NCBI RefSeq assembly: GCF_009914755.1
Contig: NC_060935.1
Origin: the human T2T-CHM13v2.0 reference genome, Homo sapiens
Length of the DNA stretch: 64,000 nt
Direction: 5' to 3' (one strand)
Translations under genes and position numbers: made by a program
Part shown: positions 1 to 15,844 of the stretch, piece after piece
Position numbering within the stretch: the first letter of the stretch is position 1
How the letters are laid out: each line of letters begins with the position of its first letter
Notes under the pieces: generated by a model
Told to the model about the DNA's origin: nothing
The model's input: only the letters and a program-made list of their open reading frames with translations
Databases searched by the model: none

Positions 1-140
1 TTTATTTATTTATTTGTTTATTTATTCACTGAGGCAGAGTCTCACTCAGTCTGTCACCGAGGCTAGAATGCAGTGGCATGATCTCCATTCATTACTATCT
101 TTGCCTCCTTGGTTCAAGTGATTATCCTGCCTCAGCCTCC
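1..140 (-). mobile_element. Alu right-arm fragment
   Basis: (TTTA)n tail followed by GAGGCAGAGTCTCACTC...CCTCAGCCTCC, the reverse complement of the Alu right arm. Confidence 0.85.
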
Positions 141-2870
141 ATAAAAAATCTGTAACCAGGCTATTGATAAATAACTTCTTTTAGGGATAAAAAACTCAGA
201 AAGTTCAAGATTTCTGGATTAATGATTGACAATGTTCTTAGTGGTCTCTCTGATTTATTTCAATTGTAAGTAATTCTTGGTGATATTCTAACATAAATTC
301 TGACAGGTGAAGAGAATAAATGAATTAAGTATCTCTAGGAGAATCAATAGAATAAGATTATCTTGGTTAAATGGTTGAGAAAACATGGTAAATAGACACA
401 AAAACTTTTTCATCTTCCAAAATCAGAGTCAAATACTAAATGATCATAAAGTAGCTAATACTGTCTTTCTGCAAAGTGAATCTGAGCTAAATTAAAAGAA
501 TGTCAGGAATAAATTTTTCCTTGAAAACTAGGAACAAATAATGTAATTAAATTATGAGGCATTGACTGTTGCATAGAGTTCTAGCATCAACAGAAAAGCT
601 CACAAAACATAGGTGAAAATCAAAAAAGGAGTGCTGGGTTGGAGCCCTAAGGTGAATAATTTTATCATCTCAGATCGCTTGGAAAAAAGCAGCGAGTCCA
701 AAAGAAGCTGGTGATAAGCTTTCTCTCTGCTAACCCCTAATGTTCTGCATGAAATGTGTGAAGGCAGAAGAGAGACAGTTTATTATAGTCTACATGGTAT
801 AGAGTGAAGGAATAAGAGAACATTTCTGATAAGTGTTTTCAAAATTTGGAGAATCATTCCTATCTAAATCATTCATTTAAGGGAGTAAAATACAAGTATG
901 ATGTTTCTTGCCATCTAACCCTCAGCTAGCCATGCTCTAAAAAGGACAACACTGGACACCTCGACAGTGGTAAAAAGCAGGGTTTACTCACTCTTGAATA
1001 CTAAGAAATTGTGCTAATCTTAGGCAGCAGCTTATCTATTTGGTTGAGGTTCAGCTTTGTTTCATTGAACAAATCTCTTGGGTTATTTTCAGTTGTGCCA
1101 GTCATTTAATTTGTTTTCTGAATCAAATGATAAGAATAAATATGGTTTTGAGTGTAAACCGCATTCCCAGATATATCTTACAACTTGGTGTGCCATCTGC
1201 CTAATTTTGAACCTATAGGATGGGAATAAATGCATTGTGAAAAACACCAGGTGATTTCCTTAAAGCCAAATACTCTTGTCCCTCCTACTTTTCTTCTGGC
1301 TTTCCTGCTGCATGGGACATGGCAATAAATGGGAGTTTCCTGCACACAGAGATAAAATTCACTTGTTGAAGATGTCAGTCTTCTTCTTGACCAACTCCTA
1401 TATTGGTAAAAACATGTTAGAGAAATGCACCTTCTGAATCGTTTCAAATTTGTGGTCTTTGTTAGAGAAGATAAGCTGGTGCCCTGGGAGACGTAGCTAT
1501 TACATTCTATTATAGAATTTTCCATTCTGTATCATCTGGATTCTTATTTAAAGTGTAAACTAATTTTGTTCTTTCTACTGCGTAAGAAGGTTTATACCAC
1601 TTTATGCTTAGTAATTAAATTTATATGTCAGTTTAAGTCCAGTCTCCACTACTCTAAGTCCTGCTCCTGTTCCCCATCATCTTATATAGGAACCTTCATT
1701 TTTCAATGGTTTATATTAAAAAACCTAAGACAATTGAAATCAATCCTATAAAAATTATGCTACAATTATTTTAAACCCTAACATAATAGTATTATCTTTG
1801 ATATCAATCCAAAAATCAATTTATTTCTTATCTTTTGATAGATACTCATTAGTATGTTCTATCCTATTTTGTTACTTACATTTTGGAAAAGTTTCTTAAT
1901 GTTAGAATAATATTTATACATGTTAACTCCTCTACTTATCCATTTATTCATTTTATTTATTGTGTAATCTATTCTAAAAATCGCATTCGATAATGGTAAT
2001 ATATTAGCAAAGAAGACAAATACTGCCATTGCCACCTTGGAATTTTCAATCTGGTAGTAATAAGTATAAGAGTTTTCTGAATGTTATAATCTGATATAAT
2101 ATACTCGAGAAGATGTAATAGCAGAGCAACCCAGCACTGAAAAACTGTTGTATGAGCTGAAATGCGATTAATAACTAGGATGTTGAGAAATAATAAAGTC
2201 TGTGAGGTCAACTTAACTTGGTCAGACTTAGAAAGAAAATAAGCACACTTCTTTATTCTTTGTAAGATAAGATATCCACCAGTTCAGTTTTCTACCCCAG
2301 CCTGGTTCAAATATACAAGTAAGACAAACGGTTTACAGTGTGTACAAACTGAAAACATACTCTCTGAAAAATAAATCAGATTTAAAAAAGAACTTATATT
2401 GTATGATTTTATTTACCTGAATGCAAAAACATAAAAAGTAGATTAAGTGTTCTGAAGGAATGGGGGAGGGTGAATGGAGAATAAATGTTTATGGGTATTG
2501 GGATTCTTCTGGAAGTGATAAAAGTGTACAGGCAGTAGAGAGTTCTGATGGCTGCTCAAGTGTGATATACTAACAATCTCTGAATTAAATACATTAGAAC
2601 ATGACTTTCACAGTAAGTGAATGAACCTCAACAAAACTTGTACAAAAAAAGCCATTATTGATGTTCTAGTAAAGGTTCCACAATAAGTTATTAATTAAAA
2701 TAACTTAATTAACGAATGTACACATTCAAGGTGGTTATCCCATTTATAACCATAAAGTAATTACATTCCATGAAGTTACAATAAGCTCACAGGCTCTCAC
2801 ACATAGGGTCTTAGGACACTATTTGCCTCATATATGGGAGCTCACAATAAATCATCATGAAACCAACTTT

Positions 2871-3364
2871 TCATGTACAACCAAAGCAAAAGAAAGGCCT
2901 CAGAGGGGAAGAGAAGGAGGAAGGAGGAAAACCATAGATAAGAGAACCTTTAGAAACATCAAAAAAACTCACAGATCCATTATCATAATCCAGAAACACC
3001 CCAACCCAACCCAGAGGCCTTTGCACATACTGGATTAAAGGTGGAGAATTGGTGGAGAGACTATAGTGATTGCTCGTCTTTGAAGAAATTGAAAAAAATG
3101 TTTTGTCAGAATCAATAACTATATTGGTATCTGCTGTCCTAGAATCTCGACAGACTCCCAGAATCCAGTTGGAGGAGTGGGTCACATCCACTTCCCAGTA
3201 ATGCTTGCCAGAGGTGAATGCTTGCGCACACCACACAGCAAAGCTCTCCACTCCTTGGGGATCCATGGGTGCACTGCGATGGTCATCTCCAAATATCACA
3301 CGTCTCACATCCTCAGAAAGGCTTATATAGCAAGGAGTCATTTCTGTACTCAGAGCATTATCCA
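2871..3364 (-). CDS. TRIM64C: TRIM64C last exon: B30.2/SPRY domain
   Basis: ORF 2871..3371; FTSGKHYWEVDV, WILGVC, VGVFLDY motifs; acceptor ttgtcag. Confidence 0.93.
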
Positions 3365-6300
3365 CTGACAAGGAAAAAATATTATATTAGTGAGTGCTAT
3401 GAGGGACAGAGGCTCTGTGGCCCAATTATTCACTTCATTTGCTCTTCTTCCAAGGAAATACAGAAAAAAGGAAACCAAGAGAGTTCAGCCCCATGCATCC
3501 ATGAAGATGAAATGTTATTATACCTCTACAGCATATACAATTATGTATTATTTCTTAAATAATAGAGAAAAAATGTGACCATATCACTGGGCAAAGTAAT
3601 GATTTAATGTCTATCTCTTCATAGTTTGTTTCAGAACATATCTAAAATGTTTTTTTTCTTCAATAGAAAAATCTTCTTGTATTATTTGTCTTTAAGATAA
3701 TCAACAGGTAGACATCAATTTGCTGTGATGTGAGTATTTATTGGAATGTAAGTTATGCCTGTTATAGTCTCAAACATCAAAAATTTGGTAGAAATTAACA
3801 CATGTAAAGTTTATAAGTTTCTGAAAAGAATACTCTGGCTTTACATTATCTGTTTAGCCCCTGATTCAATCTACTCTGTGTTCCTGCCCTCTGCCACCTA
3901 GACTTGCTCTCTAGAATGGGCCTAACATTGTTAGGCCATGTTCACAGATCCCTCACCTTTCACTTGTTATGAGATGTTTCTGATGGCATTAGAATTGTCC
4001 TCATTATGGATATTTTAGTCATTTTCTTTGTTGATCAAAATGTTCTGATTTTGTAAATAATAAAAATTACTTATAGAATGTATGTAAATGCACAAAGAAT
4101 AGAAATAACTAAAAACCATTATGCCAAATCTAAGCCTTTAAGATTGAATTAAATTGAATAAACACGAAATACTGATGCCACCATGAAAACTAGTGTCTTC
4201 GTAACTACATGACCTGAATATTCTTTGTCCTCTTATTCTGCAGATAAAGTATGTATCTTGCTTTACATTTTCATCAAACTGTAAGTCAGGAAATTGAGTT
4301 TTGATCATTGTAATATTACTATGCAGGTAGAGAAGATGCACATGTTTTGGAAAACTATGTATTACCTACATGTCAAAACTAATAAAACGTAAATGGGAGA
4401 AGCCTCAACCAAGGGACCCAATAAGGAAATAATTTGAGGCTGGACTGCCAAGCAGCTGGCTCTTGCCTCTGAAGTTGTTGAGCATGTCTAGGACTCCAGT
4501 TAGGCACCATGAAGTGAGCTCTGGGTTCACTGGCTGGGGCTTTGGCATCTGTGCCAAATCAGTTCTGCAAAAAAAAAAAATGGCCTCAGTTATATTTCCA
4601 GGACCAGAGCTAATCACACAGTCATATGAAGATATCATATTTTCATATAAGATGTTTCCTCAGAATTCTGCCGGTTTTGGTTAACTGGATGTACATTTTA
4701 TTCCACACTCTAGGGGCCATAAGGATGTTAATTTTTTTAAATTTTACTTGCATAAAAACCCAATTTCTCCAGATATGTTATTCTCAGACATTATACAACT
4801 TCTGAAGTCATTAAAAGTCATTGCCTCCCTCTGCCCATCACACCCCCTGAGGGTATGCAGAAATTCTGGAAATATTTCAGAGAGCAGAAAACTCAGACAA
4901 AAACCTTTGGGACCTCAGGCTGCAGTTGTCACTAATGCTAGTCAGTGTCTAATAGAGAATGTTCGCTGAGACAAAAGGCTTTAATCTTTTGTGCAAAACA
5001 AAGGAGTCTAATTCCAGCCTGAGAACCCTGCTGCTGAGGGTCCCGAGGCAACCATTTTCCTGAGGTCTTTCCTAGAACTGGGTGTATGGTGATGGAGCAA
5101 GCCCGGGTCATTGATGCTTTTAGGAACAAAACATCCTGCCTCAGCCCATCCTTAGGGAATATCTCTCCTCGATCTGTCTTTTTTTTTTTTTTAACCTCCC
5201 ACCCCTCTAGAGTAGAAGACACCTCTATGATTCCTCAGAGTAATTTTGTATTAAGATCTGTGGGGTAGGGCTGGACAGGAAGGATGGATTAGGAGAACAA
5301 ACTTCCGAATGGCAAATTGTTTTTACATATATTTTAATTCATACAAATTTTAAGATGGAAACTTTCCAAACCAAAGAGAAGAAGATCTCAGGCCCTCTTT
5401 TGAAACAAAATCAGAAATAGCCACTGAGAATGATGTTAGTACTCAAAATGTATACATCCCCTTCATTCACAAGAGAACAAATTTTTCAGAAATAGCATTT
5501 TTTTAGTGTAAACTCACCTTGCCGATATATTTCCCACATCCTGCAAAAAAAATAAAATGTAATGTTAATTATGAGAGATTTTTCCTTCTGCATCTTTTCT
5601 CATACTCTTGTTTCTTTCTGTTTTAGTGTTTTAATAATGTATATCTTTTTATTCCCCTCTAAGGAATCATTCAAGGCTATGTTAATAACAGAACCTCAAC
5701 TAAACAATGAAAAGCTTCATCAGTGGGCATTAAGACGAAATGAGCTCAGCAAGAGACGGTGGAGTAAAGCAAAGATACCTAGGTTTCCAGTCTCATTAAT
5801 TTCCTAATCTTATTTCCAAGGAAAGGTCTGACCACACATGACAACTATTAAAACAAAACAGAGAACCATATGAGAAACAGAGTACATGGACATTGATGAG
5901 CCGCTTTGACAAACCTTGCCCAGGCAAGGGGAAACCCCTCAATGTCTTCAGCAAATCACTGCTGTGTGGACATCAGAGAGTGAGGAGGAACTAGGGCATA
6001 TACATGGATATTACTAACCTTCCCCTGGCCTAGAGTTCTAATGATCTTAGATGATCTCTCTTGTGGATAGTACTCCAAATTATATTGAAGAGAACTTTGT
6101 TATATGTTATCTACTAAAATGGCAAAAATTTCCCAAAGATTACCAAAGTATGCAGTAATAAATGACTGGAAAAATGTAATGGTGGAAGTCACACAGCATG
6201 TGTCACTTAGCTTAGAGCAGTGACATATGCTGATGACATTTGCATGTCCTGGCAGCATTGTCCAGCAAAGGCTTCCTGTCTCTGAGGATGGACCCTCCCT

Positions 6301-8271
6301 CCTCACCTGGAGCAGCTCCACGTCAGGCATGTGGTATGTCTCCCACAGCTCTCTGTACATGTCTTTCATCCCTTCTAAATGTTGGGTCATTCTCACTTGA
6401 CTGTCTTGTAGTTGTTGGAAAAGCTCTTTTGCTTCTCTTTCCAGTGCCTGCAGATGCCGTTGCTCCTCCTCATCGAGAAATATATGCATCTTTTGATACT
6501 GAATAGTGATTATCACCTTCCTTAATGACACATAGTCCTGCAGAGACGTTTGGTTAAAAGGATTACATGTTCTCACTCTCAATAGAAAACTTCAAATAAT
6601 TATATGCTGGGTGTAATCAAGCAATTTATAAACTTTCTGCTTCACTCTTGCAAAGAGTCTTGAATATTTGCTATCTTTTTCTGTCCATCTTTTTCAATGT
6701 TCCTATTCTCTCTCCCTTTTTAAATCAAACCAATATAAAGACTCCTGGTTTCCGTCACTGTAATGCTTCTTCACAGTTCTTACTGAGTCAATTATTTCCT
6801 CTATTAATCTCTCTTTCAGGATTTTTCCATGTCTAATTTGCCTAAATGTTAAAAAACATTTAGCCATGCACCATATTATGCAGTATTTTTTTACTTTTAC
6901 TATATTTTTACTCTATATACTATTCTATTTCTTTTGTCTTCCTGACACCCAGTCTTGGTGAAAGGTTGTCTCATCTGCAGTGTCTGAAAAGGTTTATGCC
7001 AACCTTCAAATTTGAACTAGAATACACATCATGCCGTTTATCCAATATACTAGAATTAATTTGGCTAGCTTGTGTGGGCTTCTCTGTTTGCAATTCCTAT
7101 TATATCAATTGAAATCACTACATTTTCTTGAGGTGAAATCACTATCTTTTAACTGGTAGTTTGAATTTAGCTAAAAAGTATAAGCCAACTTTGTGTTTAT
7201 TTGCATAAAAACAAAGGAAACATTTTCATTCTTAACCACTAATGAACAAAATTTGCTAGTTTCCTGATTTAGATTGTTTTGTGTCTCTTGATTGATTTTC
7301 CATAAATAGTCCATTTCCTTTATAAGTTTCTCTTGCAAAAGAAGCAAGAAGCTTAGCAATGATGAAGACAGTAGATCTTATCCCTTTATCAATAAAAAAA
7401 AGGCCGTAATTGAAAGAAACATAAATTAAGTTAGAGTGGAGTGGTCAGATTTTTCCAAGTTAAACAAATATGGTTCTAATAATTTGGATGTGAAAAGTGA
7501 TAGAAACATAATAGAGAGTTTTAAGGGACCTTTCAGATAATATCATCAATTTTCTGAGAAACTGGGTTTTACATAACCTGACTTTGAAAAGTGTTCTTGG
7601 TGCTGGCCACCAGCTCCACAGCTCCATCCTATATGTTTGAACAATGTTTCTAAGGAAACCTCCTTTAGTGAAGTCTCAACACAGCTATGATTAGAGTGCC
7701 AAATTAGTCAGCAACATTGAAAGGACACATTTATGTGTTATGATTGACATGGAATAATCGCCACCTCCACTATCTGCATTCTCATCACCATCATTATCAC
7801 AGGCCCTCATCATTCTTATTTGATATTCTGTATAATTCAAACTGCCTTAGAGGCATCACGTACCCTGCATTCCTCAGCAGCCCATCCTATTGGGCTGTGG
7901 CTGTGAGCCATGTGCTCTGGTGACTCAGAGCAGGGCCCACAGAGCAATCTCTTGTCAGCCTCACAGAAGAGCTCCTTAGTCTCCTCATGGAGCACACAGA
8001 TATTGTCTGAGCTGTTGATGTTCTGAGGTCTGGTCTGTCTGGCTAGGGAAGCCAGCTTTTTGAGTGCCACATTGGTGTTGAAGTTGGGCTTCTCTGAGAT
8101 TTTTCTGCACAAAGGGCAGCGCATTGGTGCTCTGCCTTCTTCTGAGCAGAGGCAGAGGCAGGGCCTGCAAACGCTGTGCACACAGTCAGTGGTGACCGGG
8201 TCTATGAAGTAGTTCACGCAAATGCAGCAAATGAGCTCATTCTGGAAGACTCGCAGGGTGTCTGAATCCAT
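2871..8271 (-). CDS. TRIM64C: TRIM64-family RING/B-box/coiled-coil/B30.2(SPRY) gene, 6 coding exons (7864-8271, 7237-7332, 6307-6537, 5518-5540, 4467-4564, 2871-3364); 1350 nt = 449 aa + stop
   Basis: Exon sizes 408/96/231/23/98/494 match the TRIM49/64 architecture and join in frame; MDSDTLRVFQNELICCIC...PLRPFFCFGCT recognised as TRIM64C. Confidence 0.88.
4467..4564 (-). CDS. TRIM64C: TRIM64C coding exon 5 (98 nt)
   Basis: (R)[32 protein letters not shown]; poly-T gcag acceptor; donor is G|gcaaga. Confidence 0.9.
5518..5540 (-). CDS. TRIM64C: TRIM64C coding exon 4 (23-nt micro-exon)
   Basis: tttgcag|GATGTGGGAAATATATCGGCAAG|gtgagt = DVGNISA(R). Confidence 0.9.
6307..6537 (-). CDS. TRIM64C: TRIM64C coding exon 3 (231 nt, coiled coil)
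   Basis: ctgcag|GAC...CAG|gtgagg; DYVSLRK...PDVELLQ. Confidence 0.92.
7237..7332 (-). CDS. TRIM64C: TRIM64C coding exon 2 (96 nt, coiled coil)
   Basis: EKLIKEMDYLWKINQETQNNLNQETSKFCSLV; donor GTG|gttaag; acceptor reads ttttgcaa rather than ttttgcag. Confidence 0.85.
7864..8271 (-). CDS. TRIM64C: TRIM64C coding exon 1: RING finger and B-box 2
   Basis: ORF 7837..8271; C3HC4 ligands, CVLH...C..C..SPEH..H B-box; acceptor tcaag|aaacATG upstream; donor AGG|gtacgt at 7863. Confidence 0.92.
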
Positions 8272-8469
8272 GTTTCTTGAAATTAAAAAAAAAAAAAAGT
8301 AAGAATTTCTTTCTCTTATTTTTATTTGCCCCGATGAAAAGGAAAAAAAGGCCAGTGGACAATTTTCCTTTCTACTTGAGCTCTGTCCAATATGTCTAAT
8401 AAGTTAGCTCCAGCACAAACTGAGACATAGTAAATGCAAACATGCTGGATTTATAAAGTTTTCCCTCAA

Positions 8470-9085
<616 letters not shown>

Positions 9086-9828
9086 AAACCGTGATTCAAA
9101 TGAGAAAATGAGACGAGAGTCCTCATGGCATTTTTGTTAAACAATCCGTGCTCTCAATCATTCTCAGTTACTTAGACAAGCTTAAAACCTGGGTGGAGGG
9201 TAAAAGCTGAGATGATTTCTGAGTCACTTATATAAGCTAATTAATGAAGAAGCACATTCTGAATGTCATCCTGTCTCTGTCATTCTATCTCTCTCAGTGA
9301 TTCCATGATGATAATATACGAAACACACTTAGTATCTATGGTATTATTCTATACTCCCTGCCTCCAAACTCACCTATGAAGTTTGCTCAGGCAATTATAA
9401 ATAAAGTAGCTTTTATCTAAGATTGAGTAATCAGAGTGGACTGTCAACTCCTAAAATTATCAATCATTAAATTTGTCCTTTTAACTTTAATATCAAAACT
9501 CTTCCTTTCAATACATTAAATGTAATTAATATCTATTATATTTAATTTAGGAAAGTTTTTTCCCATTGTCAATTCAGATGATTAGAGAGAACACTTTCAC
9601 ATTCTGAAATAGCCAATATTTCAACATAATAATTAACAGGAATTAATCAGCAATTAATTATCTTCTAAAATAACAAAAAAAGTGAAGATATGTATTAGGT
9701 TTTCCACTCAATACTAGAAAATCCAGGAATGCAGTTAATGGAAGCATGGCCACCAATTCACCTTTCCCCTTAGTGACTTAGAAGTTGCAGCCTCTTGGGA
9801 GCTCTTGCCAGTTGATTAGATCTATTGA

Positions 9829-10173
<345 letters not shown>

Positions 10174-10743
10174 GATTACATCTATTTTCAACAGCTTTCA
10201 AATCTAGTCTGCAAACTGCAAATTTTGAAGACACAGCAAATAAGACCTTTGCAACAAGAATTTTCGAAGTAATTCAACATTTTTAACATTCACTTTGGTG
10301 TACGTTACAACCATTACTACATGCCCACATTCTAATGAATATTTTAGGTATTTTATGGGTTCTATCATTGCATGAAACTATGGAAATATATCTTTTCTCA
10401 CTTAAGAAAAATCTAACAATACAGAAAACAGTCACATAAAAAGAATCAAATAGCAAGGGAACACAAACCATATCTTACAAATTGAAGATACTTTATATTG
10501 ATTTTCTGTAAAATCACTAAGACAGTTACTTGATTGCTTAGAAAAGACCCAAGCAGTTGGGCCCACGAAAGACCATAACCACTTCCTGAGATTGATTAGA
10601 TTGCACAGAAATGGGTAAATTAGCTGATTAGGTTTATAAAGTATTGAAACCCAGACTTGAGGGCTCAAAGCTCAACAGACAAGTTTGGAATGAGATGCAA
10701 GAAAGTTGACTTAACACAGTTTATTCAAAGCAATATTTTAAGT

Positions 10744-11443
<700 letters not shown>

Positions 11444-11804
11444 TTATGTGCCTAGCCATTATTTATCTGAATATGTTCGAAGATAAAACATTAACTGGGA
11501 TTACCAACACATCTGTGCTGTGTAACTTTCTTGTTTAAAAAAGTATAGCAAGGAACTCAATTGTGTTTCACATAATTGTATCTATAACGGTTGATAGAAT
11601 TAGTTGTATCAGCCTGTTTGTCTTATAGCCTATTTTATGGCTATTGTATGTCTTATAGTCTATTTTATGACTATTTCCTAATGATTGTTTTATATGAAAA
11701 TAAAATCTATTTTTTATTCATCCACATTTTTGAATAATTTTAAAAGTGATGCTTTACATATATATGTACATAACTATAACAATGTTATGTATTCATATTT
11801 TTAA

Positions 11805-12095
<291 letters not shown>

Positions 12096-12630
12096 TAGAC
12101 TTCAAGTCCTTTTCAAACCAGTTTTTCTTTTCCAAATTGGAGACTTTTTCTTCAGAAATAATTCAAGAAATGAAAATACTATGACAAAATATAGAACTTT
12201 GTGACAGTTCTTGGACACTTTAGCAATATATAACTATTACTTTCAAAAAGATTAATATAATTCACAATATTATCAGAAATCCATGGAGAGCGTATGCTTC
12301 AGTGTACCAGACAGAGCAATGGGCACAACCAAGGTGTCAATTGTTATGCTACTGTGAGCAGCAGAACAATAGCAAAAGGGTTCCATCTAATCATTTCAAC
12401 ATAGAAGCAAACTTTTTATTAGGATTTCTTGCTAATATCAAAATATTCAGCTAAAAAATTTTATTTCCTGGGAAATGATATAAAATATCAATAAGCATGA
12501 TAAAATACACTATCATTATGAAATGCCATAATTAGTGCATGAGATAAACACAGGGTTTCACAGAAAGATAAAGTCTTTGAATGTTCACAAAGAGATTCTC
12601 AGATTATTTGAATGATATTTAATAAACTTA

Positions 12631-13079
12631 GAGTTGACCCTTGAACACCATGGTGGTTGGGGTGTCAAGATCCCGTGTAGTCAGAAATCAGCGTATAAAG
12701 TTTGTCTTCCTCAAAACTTAGCTATCAATAGCCTAATGTTGACTAGAAGCCTTAATGATAATATTCACAGTTGATTAACGCATATTTTATATGTTATATG
12801 TATACTGTATTTTTACACTAAAGTTAGCTAAAAGAAAGAAAATATTAAGAAAATAAAAAGAAAAATACATTTAATATTCATCAACAGAATACTAAATATA
12901 ATTAGTGGAAGTGGATCATTATAAGGGTTTTCATCCTCATCATTTTCATGTTGAGTAATCAGAGAAGGAGGAGAAAGAGGAGGGGTTGGTCTTGCTGTCT
13001 CAGGGGTGTCAGAAGCAGAAGAAACTCCAATTATAAGTGACTCACATAGTTCCAACCAGTGTCATTCAAGGGTCAACAG
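12631..13079. mobile_element. Tigger2a-like DNA transposon MITE
   Basis: Terminal inverted repeats GTTGACCCTTGAA ... TTCAAGGGTCAAC flanked by TA. Confidence 0.8.
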
Positions 13080-13787
13080 TATATATAGGTCAAAAGCTTT
13101 AAAACTATATTCTCTGATTTTCTAAATAAAATTAAACTACATTACATAAAAAAATTTAATAGGAAATTTCTTGGAATTTCAGGCAGGTAAATTGGGGCGG
13201 GGGTGCTGGAAACTATATACTAGATAAACCATTGTACTATTGGATTTCCACATAATTCACATATGTGATTAACACATATATGATGAGAGAGGCAGTGCTT
13301 AGAGATGTAGCAGAAAAGGTAGCATAGGGTAGTTCAAGATGGGGCCTAGATGCAAGGCTGAAGAATCTGTATTGATCATTTACTGATTCAAACATAAAAT
13401 GAATACTGTGAAGAGAAGAGATGAAATGAAATTACATATACATTCTGAAAGAAGTAAAGATTTCCTGATGGAAAAGTAAAACAAATAATATTAAAGACAC
13501 TCCTAAGCACTAAGAAAGAAATTGGCTCTGTGTGAAAGAGAGAGATAACATGAGCTTAATTATTTATATTATAAGTCATCTTGATTCTTTAAAGGTGATA
13601 TCCTTAAGGATAGTACTTACAATACTTTTTTCTTCAAAATATCAAGTGCCTACTATGTCTTAATAAACATTCTAAGCCAATGCAGAAATGAACAAATGAG
13701 ACAGATTTTCTTGCACCTAAAGAGCTAATGAGGTTGCAGGGTGAGAAACACAAGTCAACAAGTCAAAATACAACATTCAAAAAGTGA

Positions 13788-14077
13788 AGCTGGCACAGTG
13801 GCTCTAGCCTGTAATACCAGCACTTCAGGATTCTGAAGCAGGAGGATCACTTGTGCTTAGCAGTTCAAGACCAGCCTCACCAACAAAGTGAGAGCTCTTT
13901 TCTCTAAGAAAAGATAAACAAAATTAGCTGGGGTTGTGGCACGTCCCTGTATTCTCAGACACTGGCTTAGGTGAGAGGATTTCTTGAACCTGGGAAGTCA
14001 ACGCTGCGTTGAGCTGGTATTGCACCATGCTTAAGCCTGGATGACAGAGCAAGACCCTGTTTCGAAAAGAAAACAAA
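13788..14077 (+). mobile_element. Old Alu (AluJ-like)
   Basis: Diverged dimer with GGAGGATCACTTG. Confidence 0.88.
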
Positions 14078-14150
14078 ATTGATAGAGTGGCGCATTGTGA
14101 TAAGTGCTTTAGAGAAAAATACAGCAGGAAATGAAAATAAAGACTAATAG

Positions 14151-14479
<329 letters not shown>

Positions 14480-15844
14480 AAAATTGAATTTTTAATATAA
14501 CGGTCAGAAAAGACATAGTATAGAATATATTTGGGCAGATACCTAAAGGAGGCTAGAAACGAAGGTGCGTGGCTATTTCATGTATTTCAGCTTTTTCCTA
14601 GCTTTTTAGGAAGCGATAACTACATTAAAAATATCTAAATATAAACTGATTATTTCTCCACACCATATTTGCCCCCATTGTCTATTATGAAGCTTCTGAT
14701 ATAAAGGAGAAGGAATGAGAATACAGAAAATTGAAGCCAGATCTCAAGGTTGAGAGTAATTTATTTATGGTCAATAAAGTCTCATAATATGTACGGTAAT
14801 TTAAGCATGGTAGGTGAGTGTTATTCAGTGTGAAATGAATCAAAATCTTACTCAGAATACTGAAAGTAAATATGTCAAGTGTATATGGAGACCAGAGACA
14901 AGTGCTCTGCTGCCTTTGGCGCAGAGCACAAGCAACACTTTTAAGCTTCATTACTTGTTTCTCAGTATCAGAGGAGGGGAGAATGTCTGCCTATTGACCT
15001 CGACAGCATCCTCCTGCAACTAATCATCCCTCATTCCCCTTGTCCCTGAATTCCCTTGACCCACCCCCTCCTTCATTTGATTGGCTCTGTGTACTCGTTA
15101 GAATCAGAAGATCTGGGGGAACTGTGGCTTCTAAACATGTACACTAGACTCTACCCATATCCAGCCCTGTGACCCTACAAACGTGCTCAACTGAATTTTC
15201 CTCCCATAGAGACACTCTTCCTGCTGAGTTTCTCTCCTCTGCTCCTAGAGCCAAATGGCATCTCCTGTCCTATCCCTGGATGGCTTAACTCAGGAAAACT
15301 CCTGGATCCAAGAGGAGTCAGACAAAGGAATGGTGGCCTTGTGGGTGCTGATATTCTCACAGATGTAAAGGGGATATCCTGAAATCTAAGGTTTTTTCTT
15401 TCCCTTTTCCCTCCCTTACAGCTTCTGCTGCTCCTGGGAGCTTTGCTCCATCTCTCATCCAGCTCAGACTGTTGCTGGGCCTGATAGTCTTTGCATAGTC
15501 AAGGTGGTTCTTGAAGAACTCTTGTCTGCACGAGGTCTGAGCTGCTTCTCCAGAATCTGCAGCATGGGTTTCCATAACTGCATGAAGATCTGGAGCCACT
15601 GGTAACTAGGCAGAGAATGTTCTCATGTGTCTAACATGGCATGACACTCCTTTCCATGAGCAGTAGAATAAATGCATTCAGATGAAGCCCTGCCATCATT
15701 ACTTTGTCAGAAATAGATTCTGTCAATAGGTCTTACTGGTATAAGTGTTAGAGATGAGAATACATTTTAAAAGTGTTGCAGTGATAGTATGTAGTAATTC
15801 TGAAGTTTTCAAAACCTAAAGAGCAGATGGGCAGAATAACAACT

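Noticed and set aside
1178-1525. 115-aa minus-strand ORF
   Set aside because: No recognisable homology or exon structure
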